Source: an uncultured Calditrichaceae bacterium
GTDB lineage: Bacteria; Calditrichota; Calditrichia; RBG-13-44-9
Length of the DNA stretch: 52,789 nt
Direction: 5' to 3'
Assembly (NCBI GenBank): GCA_964617285.1
Contig: CAZTXJ010000006.1
Coordinates: 1-52,789 of the forward strand
In this document: positions 49,699-52,789 of the stretch, piece after piece
Numbering within the stretch: the stretch's first letter is position 1
How the letters are laid out: each line of letters begins with the position of its first letter
Program-made: the position numbers and the translations under genes
Notes under the pieces: generated by a model
Databases searched by the model: none
What the model saw: the letters and a program-made list of their open reading frames with translations, nothing else
Told to the model about the DNA's origin: nothing

Positions 49699-50151
49699 TT
49701 ACCAATTAATTTTGACAACGGCTTTTTTTATTGCCTCAAAAGGTATTTTTGTTTCTTTGTTTTTATTTTTTATGGTTATTTCTTTTTCGCTCACCCCGGT
49801 TAATTCTCCGATCACTTCCTTATGTTCACCTTCAAACTTATAGTCCACCTGGAGTTTGCGATTTATGTTTTTGCGAAACTGCCAAATTTCTTTTATCGGT
49901 CTGTCTATTCCCGGTGAAGAAACATCCAGTCTATATTTTCCCGGAATCGGATTTTCCAGATCCAGAATATCTTCAATTTCTCTGGTTAAATCGGTAATCT
50001 CCTGTAGAGAAATTCCGGTATCAGTATCTGCATAAACGGATAGTACCTGACTGTTTATGTGACCGCGCAATTCCAAATCCACCAGGTGGATATTCATCCG
50101 CTCGAAGACCGGTGAAATCAGTTCCTTTATTTTATCCAATTGTTCCTGCAT
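49699..50151 (-). CDS. rimP: ribosome maturation factor RimP
   Basis: VDLELRGH ... RLDVSSPGIDRPI RimP motif. Start at ATG 50151 (MQEQLDK, GAAGG RBS) is preferred because the 50193 start lies inside a terminator hairpin. Confidence 0.88.
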   Translation of the reverse strand: MQEQLDKIKELISPVFERMNIHLVDLELRGHINSQVLSVYADTDTGISLQEITDLTREIEDILDLENPIPGKYRLDVSSPGIDRPIKEIWQFRKNINRKLQVDYKFEGEHKEVIGELTGVSEKEITIKNKNKETKIPFEAIKKAVVKINW

Positions 50152-50164
50152 AAAACCTTCTGCC

Positions 50165-50200
50165 CATAAAAATAAAAAAGTGGGTTTTGTCAACCCACTT
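50165..50200 (-). terminator. intrinsic-terminator-like hairpin in the rimP-nusA leader
   Basis: On the minus strand, AAGTGGGTT-GACAA-AACCCACTT (50178-50200) is followed by TTTTTTATTTTTA. It ends about 15 nt upstream of the rimP ATG. Confidence 0.7.
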
Positions 50201-50472
50201 AGCCGGGCAAAATATACAAAATGGGATTTAATTATGCAAGCTATTTAAAGGTTTATGATTTAAGGGTAATTTGACGAAATGTTGGTGTCAATCATTCAAT
50301 TCATCACCAATTTTGGATTGAGATAAAATATCCGGTTAATCTTTTGTTTCTTTGAATTATGAATGCAAAAAATATTTGTTGATAGAATTAATTTTTATTT
50401 GTAATAGCTCTCAATCCATTTTAACATTATGCCTTAATAAAAGAGCAATGATGCCAATCCGGACTGTGTTTC

Positions 50473-51543
50473 ATGATTGAAAATTATCGAGAAATAGTGG
50501 GGTGTATCCACATACATTCGGTTTACTCGGACGGAACCGGAACCATAGCCGGAATTTCCAAAACGGCGGAGCAATCCGGATTAGATTATATTATGATGAC
50601 CGACCATAATAATCTCAAGGCCCTCAAGAATGGAGAGGAGAGATGGTATGGTCCGGTGCTTACCATTATTGGTTATGAAATAAATGATATTGATGATGCC
50701 AACCATTATCTGGCTTTTGGACTGCAGGAAGAGGTTGATAAAAATTTGCCCGCACCGGAGTATGTCAGGCGGGTGGGAAAGGATGGCGGATTTGGCATTA
50801 TTGCCCATCCCGACGAAAAAAGGCACCGGATGCCGGAACATCCATCTTATCCCTGGACGGCCTGGGACAGTGAGGAATTTCAGGGTATAGAGATCTGGAA
50901 CCAAATGTCCGAATGGATGGAAGGCTTAACGCCCTGGAACAAGCTCTGGCGATTCATTAACCCGCGAAAATCAATTGTGGCGCCTTATCCCGAAACTTTG
51001 AAGCGTTGGGATTCGGTAAACCGGGAGCGAAAGGTGATCGGAATCGGGGGGGTCGATGCCCATGCTCATAAACACAAAATGTTTGGCGGACTGATCCGGG
51101 TAACCATATTTAAATATAAGGTTCAGTTTAAATCCGTCCGGACTCATTTGCTTGTCGATAAATCCTTTAAAAAAGAAATGGAACTTGACCACGCTAAAAA
51201 TCTGATTTATGAGGCAATCCTGAATTCACGGGCTTATGTCTCGAATTATTTCAATGGTGATGCCCGCGGACTCAGATGTGTTGCTGAAAATGGTTCGGAG
51301 CAGGTTACCCTGGGAGAGGAGCTCCAGCTCAAATCGAATACTACCATCCGGCTGGATTTACCCGGTGAAGGGGTAATGCGATTAATCCGCAATGGTCAAC
51401 CAGTGGTGGAAACTGAAGCCAAGAGTGCACAATTTCCAGTGGAAGAGCCCGGACTATACCGTTTTGAGGTTTTCCGGAATAAAAGGGCCTGGATCTATAC
51501 CAATCATATCAGGATTTTGAATGAGCAGAATGAATTGGATTAA
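50473..51543 (+). CDS. PHP-domain (CehA/McbA-like) metallohydrolase
   Basis: CIHIHSVYSDGTG ... MMTDHNN ... IAHPD ... GGVDAHAH, the histidine motifs of the PHP fold. Confidence 0.7.
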   Translation: MIENYREIVGCIHIHSVYSDGTGTIAGISKTAEQSGLDYIMMTDHNNLKALKNGEERWYGPVLTIIGYEINDIDDANHYLAFGLQEEVDKNLPAPEYVRRVGKDGGFGIIAHPDEKRHRMPEHPSYPWTAWDSEEFQGIEIWNQMSEWMEGLTPWNKLWRFINPRKSIVAPYPETLKRWDSVNRERKVIGIGGVDAHAHKHKMFGGLIRVTIFKYKVQFKSVRTHLLVDKSFKKEMELDHAKNLIYEAILNSRAYVSNYFNGDARGLRCVAENGSEQVTLGEELQLKSNTTIRLDLPGEGVMRLIRNGQPVVETEAKSAQFPVEEPGLYRFEVFRNKRAWIYTNHIRILNEQNELD

Positions 51544-52486
51544 ATCCTTCGATTTTTTTTTCCTGATGCGGCCCATGTTATTCTTTCCCGGCTGGAACAC
51601 CCTGTTGGCCGGCTACCTGGTTGCCCAAAGTGACGTACAGATATTTGATCAAATCAGAAATTCGATGTATCAATATTACCTTTGGGTTGGAGATGTTGCT
51701 CTGGTAATGCTGGCCTTCATGGCTGCCATGGGTGGCTGCTTTATCCTGAATCAGTTAAAAGATGTAAAAACAGACCAGAAAAACAGGAAACTTTTTCTGC
51801 TGGGGGAAAATCATGTCTCTTATTTTTGGGCCTGGGTGGAAAGTATTGTCCTGCTGCTGGCATCTCTGTTGATCGGCTGGATGGTAAATTTCAGGATTAC
51901 CCTGATTCTGGCGGTTTTTATATCAGTAACCGGCTACTTCTATAATTTTAAACCATTTAAACTAAAGGACAGGCCCATCGCCGGGTTGTTTGCCAATATG
52001 TTGATGGGATGGTTTGCCTTTGCCATCGGTTGGTTGGCCGTTCAGAATTTTAATCTGAATCTGATTATCGGATCTCTGCCATATTTTTTTCTGAATTCAG
52101 CACTCTATTTACTGACCACGATACCGGATGCGGCGGGGGACAGGACTTCAAAAAAAATAACCTTTTGTGTTCGTTTTGGGGAACGATTAACCATTCGCCT
52201 GAGCCTGCTTTTTTATCTGATTTCTCTGATTCTGGCCATGGTGCTGAATGATCAGATAATACTGATTATCGACTTGCTGGCCTTAACCTGGATGATTCGT
52301 CTTGCCCTAACCTTATCCCAGGAAAATTCAATAAAGGCAATTAAGATGGCCATTCTGTTTTTCTCGTTGATAATCTGTTTAAAATTTCCCCTGTATTTTG
52401 TTGTGATGGTCATCGTTTTCTATTTGACCAAATATTACTACCGGGTGAGGTTTCAATACGATTATCCGAATTTTAAAGGAGAGTAA
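51521..52486 (+). CDS. divergent UbiA-superfamily prenyltransferase
   Basis: About 8-9 TM helices. First Asp-rich motif NQLKDVKTD (NxxxDxxxD), YNFKPFKLKDRP, and second motif DAAGD (DxxxD). It overlaps the PHP gene by 23 nt. Confidence 0.75.
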   Translation: MSRMNWIKSFDFFFLMRPMLFFPGWNTLLAGYLVAQSDVQIFDQIRNSMYQYYLWVGDVALVMLAFMAAMGGCFILNQLKDVKTDQKNRKLFLLGENHVSYFWAWVESIVLLLASLLIGWMVNFRITLILAVFISVTGYFYNFKPFKLKDRPIAGLFANMLMGWFAFAIGWLAVQNFNLNLIIGSLPYFFLNSALYLLTTIPDAAGDRTSKKITFCVRFGERLTIRLSLLFYLISLILAMVLNDQIILIIDLLALTWMIRLALTLSQENSIKAIKMAILFFSLIICLKFPLYFVVMVIVFYLTKYYYRVRFQYDYPNFKGE

Positions 52487-52489
52487 AGA

Positions 52490-52789
52490 TTGTACGTTTC
52501 CTCGCAATTTAAAAACGAATACGACATGATTGTAGTCGGCGCCGGTCCGGCCGGATCAATGGCTGCCTGGCAGGCCGCCCGGGCAGGAATTCAAGTATTA
52601 TTGCTTGAAAAAGACCGCGAGGTGGGAACGCCGGTTCGTTGTGCGGAGGGCGTGGCAAAAAAGGATCTGGAAAAATTACTCGAGGAATCGGTTCCTTCCG
52701 GATGCATTGCTGCAGAAATAAGCAAATTTCGCTTAATTGCACCGGATGGTACCCCGGTTTTTGTAAACATTGATGAGACCGGATACGTG
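52490..52789 (+). CDS. geranylgeranyl-reductase-family FAD-dependent oxidoreductase, 3'-truncated by the window edge
   Basis: The frame is open to the window end. YDMIVVGAGPAGSMAAWQAARAGIQVLLLEKDREVGTPVRCAEG matches the GGR/ChlP N-terminus (GxGxxG ... PVRCGEG). TTG start 7 nt after AGGAG; the alternative ATG is at 52526. Confidence 0.75.
   Translation, partial: MYVSSQFKNEYDMIVVGAGPAGSMAAWQAARAGIQVLLLEKDREVGTPVRCAEGVAKKDLEKLLEESVPSGCIAAEISKFRLIAPDGTPVFVNIDETGYV

Noticed and set aside
1-52789. Search for CRISPR arrays, IS elements or transposases, integrases, prophage genes, toxin-antitoxin pairs or known defence genes
   Set aside because: None were found by reading both strands. Every large ORF is accounted for by housekeeping or envelope functions, and no regularly spaced direct repeats were seen.

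Overview
This 52.8-kb bacterial chromosomal segment has moderate to low GC and is densely coding, almost entirely with housekeeping genes. In order, it holds a partial aminotransferase, sdhCDAB, tRNA-Val, and pyrR-pyrB-pyrC behind an attenuator-type leader. Next come hsp20, dnaK, grpE, csrA, tsaC, ridA, a lipid kinase, a ClC channel, an RluA-family synthase and an isoaspartyl peptidase. A dnaA homologue lies divergent from rpmB, followed by comM, asnA and thiI. After an envelope cluster (beta-barrel OMP, GWxTD protein) come rimO, an ald-like gene and an M16 peptidase. The long rimP-nusA-ylxQ-infB-DUF503-rbfA-truB-ribF-rpsO-pnp block follows, and the window ends in a PHP hydrolase / UbiA prenyltransferase / geranylgeranyl-reductase trio. 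The domain content (DUF5683, DUF3108, GWxTD) tentatively suggests an FCB-superphylum-like organism. I saw no CRISPR array, IS element, integrase, prophage or recognisable defence island. The most unusual item is the full-length DnaA homologue. By eye alignment it lacks the arginine finger and the sensor-II arginine, and three of its six DnaA-box base-contact residues are substituted. Its locus also lacks origin hallmarks: there is no dnaN, no cluster of consensus DnaA boxes, and the flanking genes converge on it. Secondary leads are the divergent UbiA-GGR-PHP cluster, two GGA-rich candidate CsrA-sponge regions, a very acidic 97-aa protein with a long leader, a PyrR-type attenuator, and a terminator inside the rimP-nusA leader. 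All protein calls rest on motif recognition by eye, because no database search was possible.
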